NCBI GenBank assembly: GCA_963663765.2
Contig: CAXXUA010000008.1
Location: 32,001 to 96,000, forward strand
Direction: 5' to 3'
Length of the DNA: 64,000 nucleotides
Source: Candidatus Poribacteria bacterium
Lineage (GTDB): Bacteria > Poribacteria > WGA-4E > WGA-3G
In this document: piece after piece, positions 41,281 to 51,904 of the stretch
Layout: the number at the start of each line of letters is the position of its first letter
Position numbering within the stretch: the stretch's first letter is position 1
Made by a program: the position numbers and the translations under genes
The notes under the pieces: generated by a model
The model's database searches: none
Seen by the model: only the letters and a program-made list of their open reading frames with translations
Told to the model about the DNA's origin: nothing

Positions 41281-42432
41281 ATGGCAATTACATTGACCCA
41301 ACAGATCCAAGAACGTGCCCATGAACTCGGATTTGAACTTGTCGGTATAACCCCTGTCCAAGAGAGCCAAACCATCCAACGATACAAACAATGGATTGAC
41401 AATGGGTATGCCGGTGAAATGGGATACCTTGAAAGACACTTACCTCTAAAGGAAGACCCACGAAAACTACTCCAAGAAGCAAAATCCGTTATCTGCCTCG
41501 CTATGAACTATTATACGCTTGACACACCAACGGAAATTGCACAGGATCCCAGCAGAGGACAAATCTCTCGATACGCATGGGGGGATGACTATCACGATGT
41601 CATACGTGCACGCTTGTTACACTTTGTCGAGTATATAAAAAGCAAAGCAGAAACCGAACTCAAAAGTCGGGTTTTTGTGGATTCCGGTCCTATCATAGAA
41701 AGGGAATATGCACAAAAAGCAAAACTCGGTTGGATAGGAAAAAACACTAATCTAATCAACTGGCGTACAGGTTCATGGTACTTTCTTGCAGAGGTACTTG
41801 TTAGTATTGACTTGGAATATGATTTACCACCACTGATAGGAAGTTGCGGCAGCTGCACAAAGTGCATTGAGGAATGTCCAACAGACGCAATTATTGAACC
41901 AAATCTACTTGATTCAAGGTTATGCATCTCATATCTGACGATTGAATTGAGGGACAGTATTCCAAAGGAACTCCGACCCAAGATGGGTAATCTGATTTTT
42001 GGCTGCGACATCTGCCAAGAGGTCTGCCCATGGAACAGCAAAGCAACGCCAACAACAGAACTCGCGTTTAGACCCCGAAAGGGCAATCTTGCACCTGAGC
42101 TGCTATCACTCATCGGAATGACACAAGCCGAGTTCAGCAAGAGGTTCAAGGGAAGTCCAATCAAACGCACAAAACGTAGGGGGTTTCTACGAAATGTCAT
42201 CGTAGCAATCGGTAACTGGAAATCACGAACTGCTATTCCCGCACTCAGTAACGCAATGACTGATGATGAACCGCTAATACGAGGGCATGCAGCATGGGCA
42301 TTAGGACAAATCGGTGGGGATGATGCTAAACAGGTATTGAATACCCGTTTGGAGACTGAAAATGATAATGATGTCATTACTGAAATAGAGGATGCACTAC
42401 AAGTTATAGCAGGTAATGGGAATTTACTATAG
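41281..42432 (+). CDS. queG: Epoxyqueuosine reductase
   Basis: ISRYAWGDDYH, FVDSGP, CGSCTKCIEECP, GCDICQEVCPWN, HEAT tail. Confidence 0.95.
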   Translation: MAITLTQQIQERAHELGFELVGITPVQESQTIQRYKQWIDNGYAGEMGYLERHLPLKEDPRKLLQEAKSVICLAMNYYTLDTPTEIAQDPSRGQISRYAWGDDYHDVIRARLLHFVEYIKSKAETELKSRVFVDSGPIIEREYAQKAKLGWIGKNTNLINWRTGSWYFLAEVLVSIDLEYDLPPLIGSCGSCTKCIEECPTDAIIEPNLLDSRLCISYLTIELRDSIPKELRPKMGNLIFGCDICQEVCPWNSKATPTTELAFRPRKGNLAPELLSLIGMTQAEFSKRFKGSPIKRTKRRGFLRNVIVAIGNWKSRTAIPALSNAMTDDEPLIRGHAAWALGQIGGDDAKQVLNTRLETENDNDVITEIEDALQVIAGNGNLL

Positions 42433-42449
42433 GTTATACTGTGCTTTTT

Positions 42450-43274
42450 CTACTCCCACCGTGCCCATACATTTGGAGTAATGTAACCTTCATCCTTGTA
42501 TGGATCATCACCTGAAACAACCACAACCCCACGATAGTTCCGTTGTCCTTTCCATCCAAGCCACGATGCTGTTGAACAATAGTGACTCACGAGAACGCGT
42601 CGATAGGAATTGCTTCTATTCTTTTTTGACCGATGTAATAGGTAACCGTTGAAAAAGAGGACGCTACCCGTTGTCATTTCAATTGGAACTTCTGTGGAAT
42701 CGTCAAAACCACGTGCCTCATAGCAGCTGTCAAACTCATCTTGCTTGTTGTGCGGGTGACGATCATAGATTACGCCAGATCTATGGCTATTGGGCAGCAC
42801 CCAGATGCATCCATTGTTAACTGTCGCGTCATCCAAAGGAATCCAAGCCCCAACAAGTGATCTGTCACGCGTCGGTATCGGATGTTCGTCTTGGTGCCAT
42901 GGATTTCCGGTATGTCCCGGTACTTTCCCCAACATCATTGACTGCATACACTTAACACCCCCATTCCAAAATGGTATGTGTGCACCGACGATTTCTCGTA
43001 GGATCGCACATATTTTAGGATGTTCAACATAACGACGCACAATCGGACTGAATGTATGGGGTTCACCAACACACATTATTCGGTCTAAGACTTCAATTTC
43101 AGTTGCATCCTCTGACATCGCTGGAATTGCGTCACATTCATATTTACCTCGAAAAATTTTTACCATTTCTAATTTCAGTTCATCACATTCCTGAGGCGTA
43201 ATGACATCTGGAACTAACAGGTATCCATCGTTGATATATGATTTTGCCCAACGGTTTGAAACCTGATGTGACAT
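42450..43274 (-). CDS. Phytanoyl-CoA dioxygenase (PhyH) family protein
   Basis: PWHQD, WIPLDDATVNNGC, LLHRS. Confidence 0.92.
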   Translation of the reverse strand: MSHQVSNRWAKSYINDGYLLVPDVITPQECDELKLEMVKIFRGKYECDAIPAMSEDATEIEVLDRIMCVGEPHTFSPIVRRYVEHPKICAILREIVGAHIPFWNGGVKCMQSMMLGKVPGHTGNPWHQDEHPIPTRDRSLVGAWIPLDDATVNNGCIWVLPNSHRSGVIYDRHPHNKQDEFDSCYEARGFDDSTEVPIEMTTGSVLFFNGYLLHRSKKNRSNSYRRVLVSHYCSTASWLGWKGQRNYRGVVVVSGDDPYKDEGYITPNVWARWE

Positions 43275-43699
43275 ATTAGCGACACTCCTTTTCTAAAATA
43301 AGTATGTCCATTCACACTTAAAATCACAAATTATATGTGGTAGAATATTCTTCTGCTATCTGAGCTGATCTAATTTGTTATTCTGACACATCAGAATAGG
43401 TATCAAAGTTTGGGTTTTCGGCATCTATCGGTTGGATAGTAATACCATGTCTATTTGACAATGCCTCATTAACTGCGGAGATATTGTAGGAGCGACTTCC
43501 TGGTCACGACCGGGAGGTCGCTCCTACCAAAGAGAGGTGCCTCCAACCAGCACTAAAAGTGAAATTCATTAATGAGGCAATATTAATTAGATTTGGTATG
43601 ACCATGTTGCGTGCATTGCAGTCGTCAGTAAATTCATATCAAGAAACTTTTTAGCATAGATACTAATTGTACAATTATGTCTAAATTGCACAACAAATA

Positions 43700-45262
43700 C
43701 TATTTTGTTTGTGTTAGAGAGATGTGTTCTATGATTTGAGAAGTTAGTTGGCGTTCCACTTCTCTCATTTTTGGTAGACCCGCGAGATTGTTTGTTTCAT
43801 TTGGATCCTCCTGCACATTAAATAGGAGGTAGGGTTTATTATCTCTGTTTAAAGCGATTTTCCACTCCTGATTTAGCAGCATAGTTTCCTTTGATATTTG
43901 CGATATTGCAAAATCACGGTGATTCGCTTCAGTGTCAACTAAAGTAGGTGATAAGGATTTTCCGAATTGACGATTTTCCATCTTACCGGCTGCCATTTCA
44001 ACCAGTGTGGGACCAATGTCTATCCATTCCACTGGACTTTCACAAACACCTTTCGCTTCATCGCTTTTTAGAGTTTCGGGGGTTCGCACAAGTAGCGGAA
44101 TACGGACTGCACCATTGAGGAAATTGCTCTTGTAAATCAATCCGTGATCACCATTCATTTCACCGTGGTCGGAACAGAAAATGATGACAGTATTATCAAG
44201 TTCTCCGCGTTTATCAATTGTATCCAAGATTTCGCCAATCTGATCGTCAATCAGGGTGACGTTGCCTGCATAGTCCGCACGCATCTTTTCAATATCACCC
44301 TTTTCAAATTTTGGACTCTTCTTTTTGCTTTTCAGGAGGTTGTCTAAACTACCTTGTGGACGATTTCCTGTATGCTGTCGACGTGCTGCAGGTGGCATAT
44401 CCTTAGGATTGTACTTACTTGCATAGGGTTCAGGTGAGTCCCAAGGTTCATGAGGTCCACCGAAACTTACCCAGCAGAACCAAGGTTCTTGCTGTTTATA
44501 GTTTTCTATGTATTGCTTTGCATGTTGTCCGACGTATACATCCGAATCGTTTTCAAGTCCAAGAGGTGTTGGTCTAACAAGGTGGGGTTTCGTTTTAAAT
44601 CTATCCTTATAGTCATCTTTGTACGCATTCCAGACACCTTTTTCTTCCCACATCTCTGTCATATAGGACAAGCAATTCATACTTGCTCGTGGGCCACCGA
44701 TTTCGTTCACATCATCTAACCCGTAAGCATGCATCAAGTGTTCACGTTTGCGTAGATCACCATTATTTGTGTGTAGATGTGTTTTTCCAAATAGGCTGGT
44801 GCGGTATCCAGCATCCCGTATTGCTTGCATCCATGTGGGTGTTTCAGCTGCCAACTTGTGTTTTCCGTTATTCCAAACACCGGTGTTATGTGCATATAAC
44901 CCAGTAGCTAAACTGAGTCGTGCTGGCACACAAACTGGAGAAGTGGTAACGCAGTTCGTATATCTGACACCTTCACTCGCGATCTTATCCATGTTTGGTG
45001 TCTGGACCCAACCACCACTGCAACCCATTGCATCCCAACGTTGTTGGTCTGTCATGATGAAAAGGATATTGGGTTTCTTATGTTGATTAACACTAATGTC
45101 ACTGTTCTGTTGTGTCCACGCATTTGAACCAAGAAGTGATATTGTACCAACTCCTGCAACGCTCAATTCTTTGATGAAAGTTCTGCGGTTAATACTGTCT
45201 GTATTGGCAATCGGTGTGTCTTTATCACATTCTGTTTTTTGGGTTTTGTTTTGCTTTTTCAT
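43700..45262 (-). CDS. Tat-exported formylglycine-dependent sulfatase
   Basis: INRRTFIK Tat motif; PNILFIMTDQ; CVPAR; SDHGE. Confidence 0.92.
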   Translation of the reverse strand: MKKQNKTQKTECDKDTPIANTDSINRRTFIKELSVAGVGTISLLGSNAWTQQNSDISVNQHKKPNILFIMTDQQRWDAMGCSGGWVQTPNMDKIASEGVRYTNCVTTSPVCVPARLSLATGLYAHNTGVWNNGKHKLAAETPTWMQAIRDAGYRTSLFGKTHLHTNNGDLRKREHLMHAYGLDDVNEIGGPRASMNCLSYMTEMWEEKGVWNAYKDDYKDRFKTKPHLVRPTPLGLENDSDVYVGQHAKQYIENYKQQEPWFCWVSFGGPHEPWDSPEPYASKYNPKDMPPAARRQHTGNRPQGSLDNLLKSKKKSPKFEKGDIEKMRADYAGNVTLIDDQIGEILDTIDKRGELDNTVIIFCSDHGEMNGDHGLIYKSNFLNGAVRIPLLVRTPETLKSDEAKGVCESPVEWIDIGPTLVEMAAGKMENRQFGKSLSPTLVDTEANHRDFAISQISKETMLLNQEWKIALNRDNKPYLLFNVQEDPNETNNLAGLPKMREVERQLTSQIIEHISLTQTK

Positions 45263-45532
45263 TTGTGCCTCTGTATTATGGTAAATTTTGGAATTAATTA
45301 CACACTTTCACAGGTAGGAGCGACCTCCTGGTCGCAACCGTATGGAGACCATGTATCAAAACAGTCGCGACCGGCAAATCAACGGTATGAATGCCTTGGG
45401 CGAATACGCGTTTGGTATTCGCCATGATTCCCCGGGTCGCTCCTACCAAAGAAAAGAAAAGGATAGGATAACGACTTGTGCCAGTTAACCCATTGTTTTC
45501 AAAGTTTTTACATATATTAGATTTATAATGCA

Positions 45533-45997
45533 CACATATCGTCCCTACGGGACTAAAGCGGATGTACTATGACGTATTTCTATAAACATATCGTCCCTAC
45601 GGGACTAAATGGTTTTCTTGCTATACATTTATTGTATGTGTCCATTGATGATCTACTACTTAAACAGATGACTACTGGGTTCTTCAGCATTGAACTTTTA
45701 TTTTATGCTAAAATTAATTGCCGAAAGAACCACTAAAGAGGATGTACTATGACGTATTTCTATAAACATATCGTCCCTACGGGACTAAAGCGGATGTACT
45801 ATGACGTATTTCTATAAACATATCGTCCCTACGGGACTAAAGCGGATGTACTATGACGTATTTCTATAAACATATCGTTCCTACGGGACTAAAGCGGATG
45901 TACTATGACGTATTTCTATAAACATATCGTCCCTACGGGACTGAAGAGGATGTACTATGACGTATTTCTATAAACATATCGTCCCTACGGGACTGAA
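45533..45997. repeat. Tandem array of 52-bp REP-like units (CATATCGTCCCTACGGGACTAAAG core, ~7 cores) interrupted by a 121-bp MITE
   Basis: Identical inter-core sequence; insert at 45611-45731. Confidence 0.9.
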
Positions 45998-46214
45998 GAT
46001 CGTTTCAAACTATGAAGGACACCTGCAAAACGCCATGCTTTTGTGAAACAATGATTAACATATAGTTATTTAACACAACTCGTTAGGATACTTACATTAC
46101 AACCAATATGGTAAATTATAGAAAAGATTAGGATACTTACATTACAACCAATATGGTAAATTGTAGAACTGTAAACTTATTTTCAAATTTCATCATAGTA
46201 AGGACATTCACTGT

Positions 46215-47591
46215 TTACTTTTTCGTTTGGGTATGGAACAGATGTTCTAAAACTTGCAATCTTAATGCGGTTTCTAACTCTTTCATTTCCGGTAAACCCG
46301 CAAGATTGTTTGTTTCGTCTGGGTCATTTTTCACATCAAACAGGAGATAGGGTACTCCGTCTTTATTCAATGCGATTTTCCATTCTTGATTAAGCAGCAT
46401 TATCTCACCAGAGATCTCTGAGATTGCATATTCCCGATGTGTTCCTTCTGTATCATCAAGGACTGGACATAATGATTTACCGTATTGTCGGTGTTTGATC
46501 TCTCCACCTGCCAATTCCACAAGTGTTGGACCAATATCAATCCACTCAACAGGACTTTCACAAACCTGATTCTCTGAAGCGTTTTTCAATGATTCAGGGG
46601 TTCGGAGAAGTAAGGGGATTCGCACTGACCCGTTAAGGAAATTACCTTTATAGATTAGACCGTAATCAGCATTCATTTCACCGTGGTCAGAGGAGTGGAT
46701 AATGACGGTATTTTCTAATTCACCGCGCTTCTGTATTGCATCAAGGATTTCGCCAATCTGTGCATCAATCAGATTGACATTACCTGCATAGTTTGCACGC
46801 ATTCTCCCAACTTCACCTGCTTCAAACTTTGGATTCATGCGATTCATCATATTATCCAAATTACCACGTGGACGATCCCCAGCAGGTGGTCGAGGAATGG
46901 GGGGTGGCATGTCATTTGGGTCATACATGCTTGCATAGGGTTCTGGTGTATCCCAAGGTTCGTGCGGACCACCGAAACTTACCCAACAACACCATGGTTC
47001 TTCACGATTATAGTTTTGGAGGTACTGCTTTGCTTGTTGTCCTACATAGACATCTGCATAATCTTCAAGATCAAGTGGTGAGGGACGAACCATATAGGGT
47101 TTTTTCTTGAATCTTTCACCATAATCAGCTTTGTATTTTTGCCAAACACCTTTTTCCTCCCACATCTCTGTCATGTGAGAGAGTACACGACTACTTGCCC
47201 TTGGACCACCAATCTCGTTCACATCGTCTAAACCGTAAGCGTTCATTAGGTCTTCGCGGTCTCGGAGGTCACCATTGTGAGGGTGGAGGTGTGTTTTTCC
47301 AAAAAGACTGGTACGGTAGCCAGCATTGCGAACAGACTGCATCCAGGTAGGTGTTTCTGCTGACATGGTGTGTGTCATATTGTTCCAAACACCGGTGTTG
47401 TGCGGATACAAACCAGTTGCTAAACTCAGTCGTGTTGGAATACAAACGGGTGAAGTAGTAACACAGTTGGTAAATCGGACACCTTCACTTGCGATTCGGT
47501 CTAAGTTCGGGGTTTGTACCCAGTCGCCGCTGCAGCTCATTGCATCCCATCGCTGTTGGTCTGTCATGAGAAGTAGTATGTTTGGTTTCAT
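46215..47591 (-). CDS. Sulfatase without a signal peptide (paralog of 43700..45262)
   Basis: MKPNILLLMTDQ; CIPTR. Confidence 0.93.
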   Translation of the reverse strand: MKPNILLLMTDQQRWDAMSCSGDWVQTPNLDRIASEGVRFTNCVTTSPVCIPTRLSLATGLYPHNTGVWNNMTHTMSAETPTWMQSVRNAGYRTSLFGKTHLHPHNGDLRDREDLMNAYGLDDVNEIGGPRASSRVLSHMTEMWEEKGVWQKYKADYGERFKKKPYMVRPSPLDLEDYADVYVGQQAKQYLQNYNREEPWCCWVSFGGPHEPWDTPEPYASMYDPNDMPPPIPRPPAGDRPRGNLDNMMNRMNPKFEAGEVGRMRANYAGNVNLIDAQIGEILDAIQKRGELENTVIIHSSDHGEMNADYGLIYKGNFLNGSVRIPLLLRTPESLKNASENQVCESPVEWIDIGPTLVELAGGEIKHRQYGKSLCPVLDDTEGTHREYAISEISGEIMLLNQEWKIALNKDGVPYLLFDVKNDPDETNNLAGLPEMKELETALRLQVLEHLFHTQTKK

Positions 47592-47622
47592 ATTATATCC
47601 TTCTTATAGGTTTCATTATGCG

Positions 47623-48465
47623 TCAGTTCCGTTCAATGCCAGCATCAATAAATGCTTTTGACAACGTTTGGTATGTTAACGTCGCAGCAGCGAGTGGGTC
47701 ATAGTCCTTGCGTGCCTGCACCATAAAACTTACTTCGGCAGTAATGAATCCATCGTACCCATGTTCCTGCATGAGTTTCAAATAACCAACATAATCAAAA
47801 GTTCCCTCTCCAGGAATTAGGAACTCAAAATCTGGCGCATTACCGCGTTGGTCTTTGACGTGCGTATGAATTGAGACAGCAGCTAAAGCCGAGACCGTCT
47901 CCTCGGTAGACATACCGACTATATCAAAATGGCTGATGTCAAAGTTGACTTTCAGGTAGGGAGAATTGATGATTTCAAGGAGTTCAAGTACTTTTGCAGG
48001 CGTATCAATGATTGCACCGATGTGGGGTTCCATTGCAATGGTCACACCACGCGAAGTAGCATAGTCGACCAACTTACCAACACGTTCAACGAGAAAATCT
48101 TTCTTGGTATCCCACTCATCAGGTTTTCCACCGGTAGTGGTATTTACTGCAGGTAGTTCGTCACCTTGTGCAAGTTCAACTGCTAAATCCACACCACCTT
48201 TCAAACGCCACATATTTTTTTCGTGCGATTCTGCATGGACATCCATTAGATTCGAATGTGCTGCGATCGCGGGTAACGCTAAATTATACTGTTTCAACAT
48301 GGTTGCAATGCGTTTTCGTTCTGCTGCATCCAGCGTACTGAGTTCGGTTGTAAAACGTTGTATGATGGTTAGTTCAATTCCATCAAAACCAAGATCCGCA
48401 ATGTGTGAAATAGCCGTATCTATAGGAACAGTCGGCATGCCCCATGTGCTATATCCAAGTTTCAT
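47623..48465 (-). CDS. Sugar phosphate isomerase/epimerase
   Basis: AMEPH, FDISH, HTHVKD, TAEV. Confidence 0.9.
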   Translation of the reverse strand: MKLGYSTWGMPTVPIDTAISHIADLGFDGIELTIIQRFTTELSTLDAAERKRIATMLKQYNLALPAIAAHSNLMDVHAESHEKNMWRLKGGVDLAVELAQGDELPAVNTTTGGKPDEWDTKKDFLVERVGKLVDYATSRGVTIAMEPHIGAIIDTPAKVLELLEIINSPYLKVNFDISHFDIVGMSTEETVSALAAVSIHTHVKDQRGNAPDFEFLIPGEGTFDYVGYLKLMQEHGYDGFITAEVSFMVQARKDYDPLAAATLTYQTLSKAFIDAGIERN

Positions 48466-48507
48466 GTGGGTTTCTCCTTATAGTTTGAGATAAGTCACTC
48501 GTCTTTG

Positions 48508-49212
48508 TCAGAAAAGTGCACCAAATGAACCGAGCCACTCGTTTATGAGGAAACCGACACGGTGAATCATGAGCGCAACACGTCCCATAACGGTGTTACC
48601 GAACGCCGCACCAAATCCTATCATAAGGAAAGCGATACCGACCTTTGAAAGCCAATTGATGGGACCGCGATGTTCCACAGAGAAGAAGAAATAGGTGAGC
48701 GTACACATTACACCGACGACCATGAGGACTGCTCCGAAAGTATCCCAAGTGGAAAGCGTTCCTGCATTAATGTCAGCAAAAGGTGCAATTGTCCCGTGTG
48801 TCTGCTTAAAAATGTTCGCCTGCAACATATTTGGGATTGCGGCACCTGCACCAAACCCGATAAGGATGGCAATGGGAATACGAATCAACCATGTATGCCG
48901 TGGGGACAAACGAGCAAAAAACAGCAAACCGATAGCAATTGGAATTATTTTGAATAGTCCCCAAAGTGCTTGCCTTGTTTCTGGAGTTGTTTCCCCTATT
49001 ATCTCGGTCCAGAGTGCGCTCATTGCTTTAGATAATGGTTCCCAAGTTAACGGTATGACTCCTTGGTGGATCCCTATAACAATGAGGTATCCAACTGATA
49101 TTCCTACAAAGAGATGTTCTGCAAACCGATAGAACGGGTTATCTCGGTAAAGAAAACTATAGATGCAGAGCGTTAAAAATGCTGCAACCCAGATTCCAAA
49201 AACTTCCATCAA
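48508..49212 (-). CDS. Conserved multi-pass membrane protein (DUF6754-type cluster)
   Basis: YSFLYRDNPFYRFAEHLFVG; about 6 TMs. Confidence 0.85.
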   Translation of the reverse strand: MMEVFGIWVAAFLTLCIYSFLYRDNPFYRFAEHLFVGISVGYLIVIGIHQGVIPLTWEPLSKAMSALWTEIIGETTPETRQALWGLFKIIPIAIGLLFFARLSPRHTWLIRIPIAILIGFGAGAAIPNMLQANIFKQTHGTIAPFADINAGTLSTWDTFGAVLMVVGVMCTLTYFFFSVEHRGPINWLSKVGIAFLMIGFGAAFGNTVMGRVALMIHRVGFLINEWLGSFGALF

Positions 49213-49213
49213 T

Positions 49214-50029
49214 TTACGCCTCCCTTCTTTGATGAATAAAAAAAGCGATATTGCCTAAAATAACCAACCCGATAATCAGAAGATGTGCAAAGGATGCCGT
49301 GTTTAATCCTACAGTCCCATCTCCGGGGGCATTCAAAAGTTTCTCATATTCGGCGGCTCCCAAATAACCGGGCATCATGCCTACCAACTGCCCTGATTGC
49401 AGATAAGGGTACATCTGGGCGATAATGACAGCAGTAACACCTGCAGCAATTTTCAAACCGTATCTCGTATTTGCATAAATGATCCAAGTTTCAGTTGTAC
49501 TACCAGAAGCAAGATCAAGCAACAGATCAATCTGATCATAGTTCGTGATATTCTCCATCATCGGAATTTCGGCGATAGCTGTTTTTTCATAATCGGTTTC
49601 AAAGACACTACTGATGTCAGTTCCCATACCAAGGATAACTTGTAATGCTCCGGGACGGTAACCTAAAAATACATAATCTTCACCATAGACTGCATTGTTT
49701 TCTGCTGCAATTCTTTGCATGAGTTTATCAGCTAAGGTAGGTGTATTAGGATAAAGCGTCATGCCGATGACTTTCACGCCTTTACTGAAACAGTGCTGCA
49801 TCACTGCCTTTGCCATCGGTTCCGGTTCTGCGAGTGAGGACGGACCATAGTCAAAAGCCATTATAATAGTTGATCCTGATGGAAGTGCTTCAATATAATC
49901 GTAAAGTTTTTGTGTCGGTTCTGACACCGTAATTGGTAACCTGACAGGGATCAGAGTTGGAATGATAACAACTAAGGCAACTAACATAAAAATTATCCGT
50001 CTATCCATATTCATGAATTTTTCAAGCAT
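49214..50029 (-). CDS. Membrane-anchored alpha/beta protein (DUF6754-type cluster)
   Basis: N- and C-terminal TMs; YGEDYVFLGY; PYLQSGQLVG..GAAEYE. Confidence 0.85.
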   Translation of the reverse strand: MLEKFMNMDRRIIFMLVALVVIIPTLIPVRLPITVSEPTQKLYDYIEALPSGSTIIMAFDYGPSSLAEPEPMAKAVMQHCFSKGVKVIGMTLYPNTPTLADKLMQRIAAENNAVYGEDYVFLGYRPGALQVILGMGTDISSVFETDYEKTAIAEIPMMENITNYDQIDLLLDLASGSTTETWIIYANTRYGLKIAAGVTAVIIAQMYPYLQSGQLVGMMPGYLGAAEYEKLLNAPGDGTVGLNTASFAHLLIIGLVILGNIAFFIHQRREA

Positions 50030-50032
50030 TGA

Positions 50033-50716
50033 CTAATCTCCTCCACCAAGATACGAACGTTCAATTCCCAATATAATTCGGATAGATTGTGAGATGACTC
50101 CTAAACTTACCCCAAGAATAATACCGCGTCGCGCTGCGAGGTTCGGGACATCTAAAATCCATTGGCGAATTCCTGATGCACCGTTAGCAGTACTATTTAC
50201 CCAGCTTTCCGGACTGTCCGACCCTGGGATCCAAGAAATCAGTTTATTCCAAACCAGATCGCCGACTGGTACATTTCCCATCATGACAAGCATGGCGGCG
50301 ATAAGAAGCAGCGTTGCTTCAAATGATCGTGCACGGAATGCACGAAAAGCCGCTGAAGCAATAAAGAAGGCGAGTAAAGAAAACATTGTTGCATCCATTG
50401 GTACTTGGACGTTATCATATAACCACACAAATACTGAATTTTGCGGTCCATCAGGAACACCAATTAAGACCATCACTATCATGCCCACGAATACAATTAA
50501 ACTGTATTGCCAATGCTCTGTACGGAGGCGGATGCGCGTCGCGTGGGTTTGGATGAGTGTCACCACTGCCAAGACCAAAGCGAAAGGCGATATGATGAGT
50601 CCCCAATTAATCACCTCTTTGTAAACTGCTTGTGAATATGAATGTGGGCTAAATTGGGTGAAGATCATTGCTATGCCAAAAAGGAAGCAGAGAGCTAAAG
50701 GTATTTGTCGCTTCAT
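50033..50716 (-). CDS. Conserved multi-pass membrane protein (DUF6754-type cluster)
   Basis: ATMFSLLAFFIASAAFRAFRARS; RIILGIERSYLG. Confidence 0.85.
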   Translation of the reverse strand: MKRQIPLALCFLFGIAMIFTQFSPHSYSQAVYKEVINWGLIISPFALVLAVVTLIQTHATRIRLRTEHWQYSLIVFVGMIVMVLIGVPDGPQNSVFVWLYDNVQVPMDATMFSLLAFFIASAAFRAFRARSFEATLLLIAAMLVMMGNVPVGDLVWNKLISWIPGSDSPESWVNSTANGASGIRQWILDVPNLAARRGIILGVSLGVISQSIRIILGIERSYLGGGD

Positions 50717-50723
50717 AAATCTC

Positions 50724-51872
50724 CTATCTCACATTTTGTAAAAGTGTAGTGATCCAGTTGATACCGAACAACTCAAGAGCGACACCAAGTATAATCGTCA
50801 CAAAAATGACAACTTTACCCCAGTCTTGTCCTCTGAGACTTCCAAGAAGCATCGGTTCTCTGGAAAGATACGCACTTGCCGCATAGAGTTCTTCACCAAT
50901 CAAGGTATAGTCACACGCTGCGATGAAAAAGGGGAGTTGGTGCTCTGAATCCGTTCCGGCAATTTGTATTGCCCCGATGGAATTACCGGTTTCAGCCATA
51001 AGAAGTGATTCTGCAAAAAATGTGCCTTGTAGGAAAACTGCTGCCGGTTTTTCGCGAATCATCATACCATCAACACCGGCAGCATAAGCGAATTGATCAC
51101 CGGTAAGGTAGAAGATGTTTTCCTCCTGGTAGGCATCTGGACGACCTTCGTCAAGATAAGACGTTTTCACCATCTCACGTACAACGTTCAACACAATTGG
51201 GTCATTGCATGGCACGCGTAGTGGTGTTTCATAGTCAGCAGTTCGTCGTGCAACTTGGCCCAGAATCGTCATACTGGCAATAGTTGCAACGTTGTCTACA
51301 CTGCCTAATCCTAACACGTAGAGAATTGAACGTCCCATCTCTGTAGCCCTGCCGATTGCTTCATCAACTGCTTCCAAGCCTGGGATACGTCGGACAAACA
51401 CCTCTTTTCCACTCCGCGCATAATAGACACTGCCTAAAATTGCAGCTGAAAAAAGGAGCATGGCAAGAAATAGAGCAATTTTGCCTGTATGAAACCATTG
51501 GTCTGTTGCTTGGACAGCAGCAGTTTGCGCGGAATCAATGGTTGTTTCGTTTTCATAAATGGCACGAACAATGTACGCATGTTTCGTGTCCTTAATTGCC
51601 TTAGTATCCTTATACATTGTTGCATCTGCGTTTAACTGCGGACTTAATACACTAAATTCACCTTCATTAGTGTTTCGTAGGATGATGTATCCTATAATAT
51701 CGCTATCTTCAGGTGTCTTTCCCCATGTGATGGTGATGCTGGTAGCGTCGCTCGGTGTATCCTTTGCATTTACATTTGACAGAGGACTAGGTTCTTGGCT
51801 AAACGCGAAGGTGCCACATAAAAATGAAACCAAACAAGTGAGCACCCATAAAATTGTTTTATTATGTTTCAT
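50724..51872 (-). CDS. Fibronectin type III + DUF6754-like domain protein
   Basis: Signal peptide, FN3 (ITITW, GYIILR, YIVRA), TM, RRIPGLEAVDEAIGRATEMG, LIGEELYAASAYL. Confidence 0.8.
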   Translation of the reverse strand: MKHNKTILWVLTCLVSFLCGTFAFSQEPSPLSNVNAKDTPSDATSITITWGKTPEDSDIIGYIILRNTNEGEFSVLSPQLNADATMYKDTKAIKDTKHAYIVRAIYENETTIDSAQTAAVQATDQWFHTGKIALFLAMLLFSAAILGSVYYARSGKEVFVRRIPGLEAVDEAIGRATEMGRSILYVLGLGSVDNVATIASMTILGQVARRTADYETPLRVPCNDPIVLNVVREMVKTSYLDEGRPDAYQEENIFYLTGDQFAYAAGVDGMMIREKPAAVFLQGTFFAESLLMAETGNSIGAIQIAGTDSEHQLPFFIAACDYTLIGEELYAASAYLSREPMLLGSLRGQDWGKVVIFVTIILGVALELFGINWITTLLQNVR

Positions 51873-51904
51873 ATATTTCCTCTAAAAAGAGTGATCATTT
51901 CAGA

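Noticed and set aside
45533-45997. Possible CRISPR array
   Set aside because: The sequences between the palindromic cores are identical rather than unique spacers, and there are no cas genes. It is a REP tandem array.
46083-46167. Two ~40-bp direct repeats between the sulfatases
   Set aside because: A simple local duplication with no further structure.
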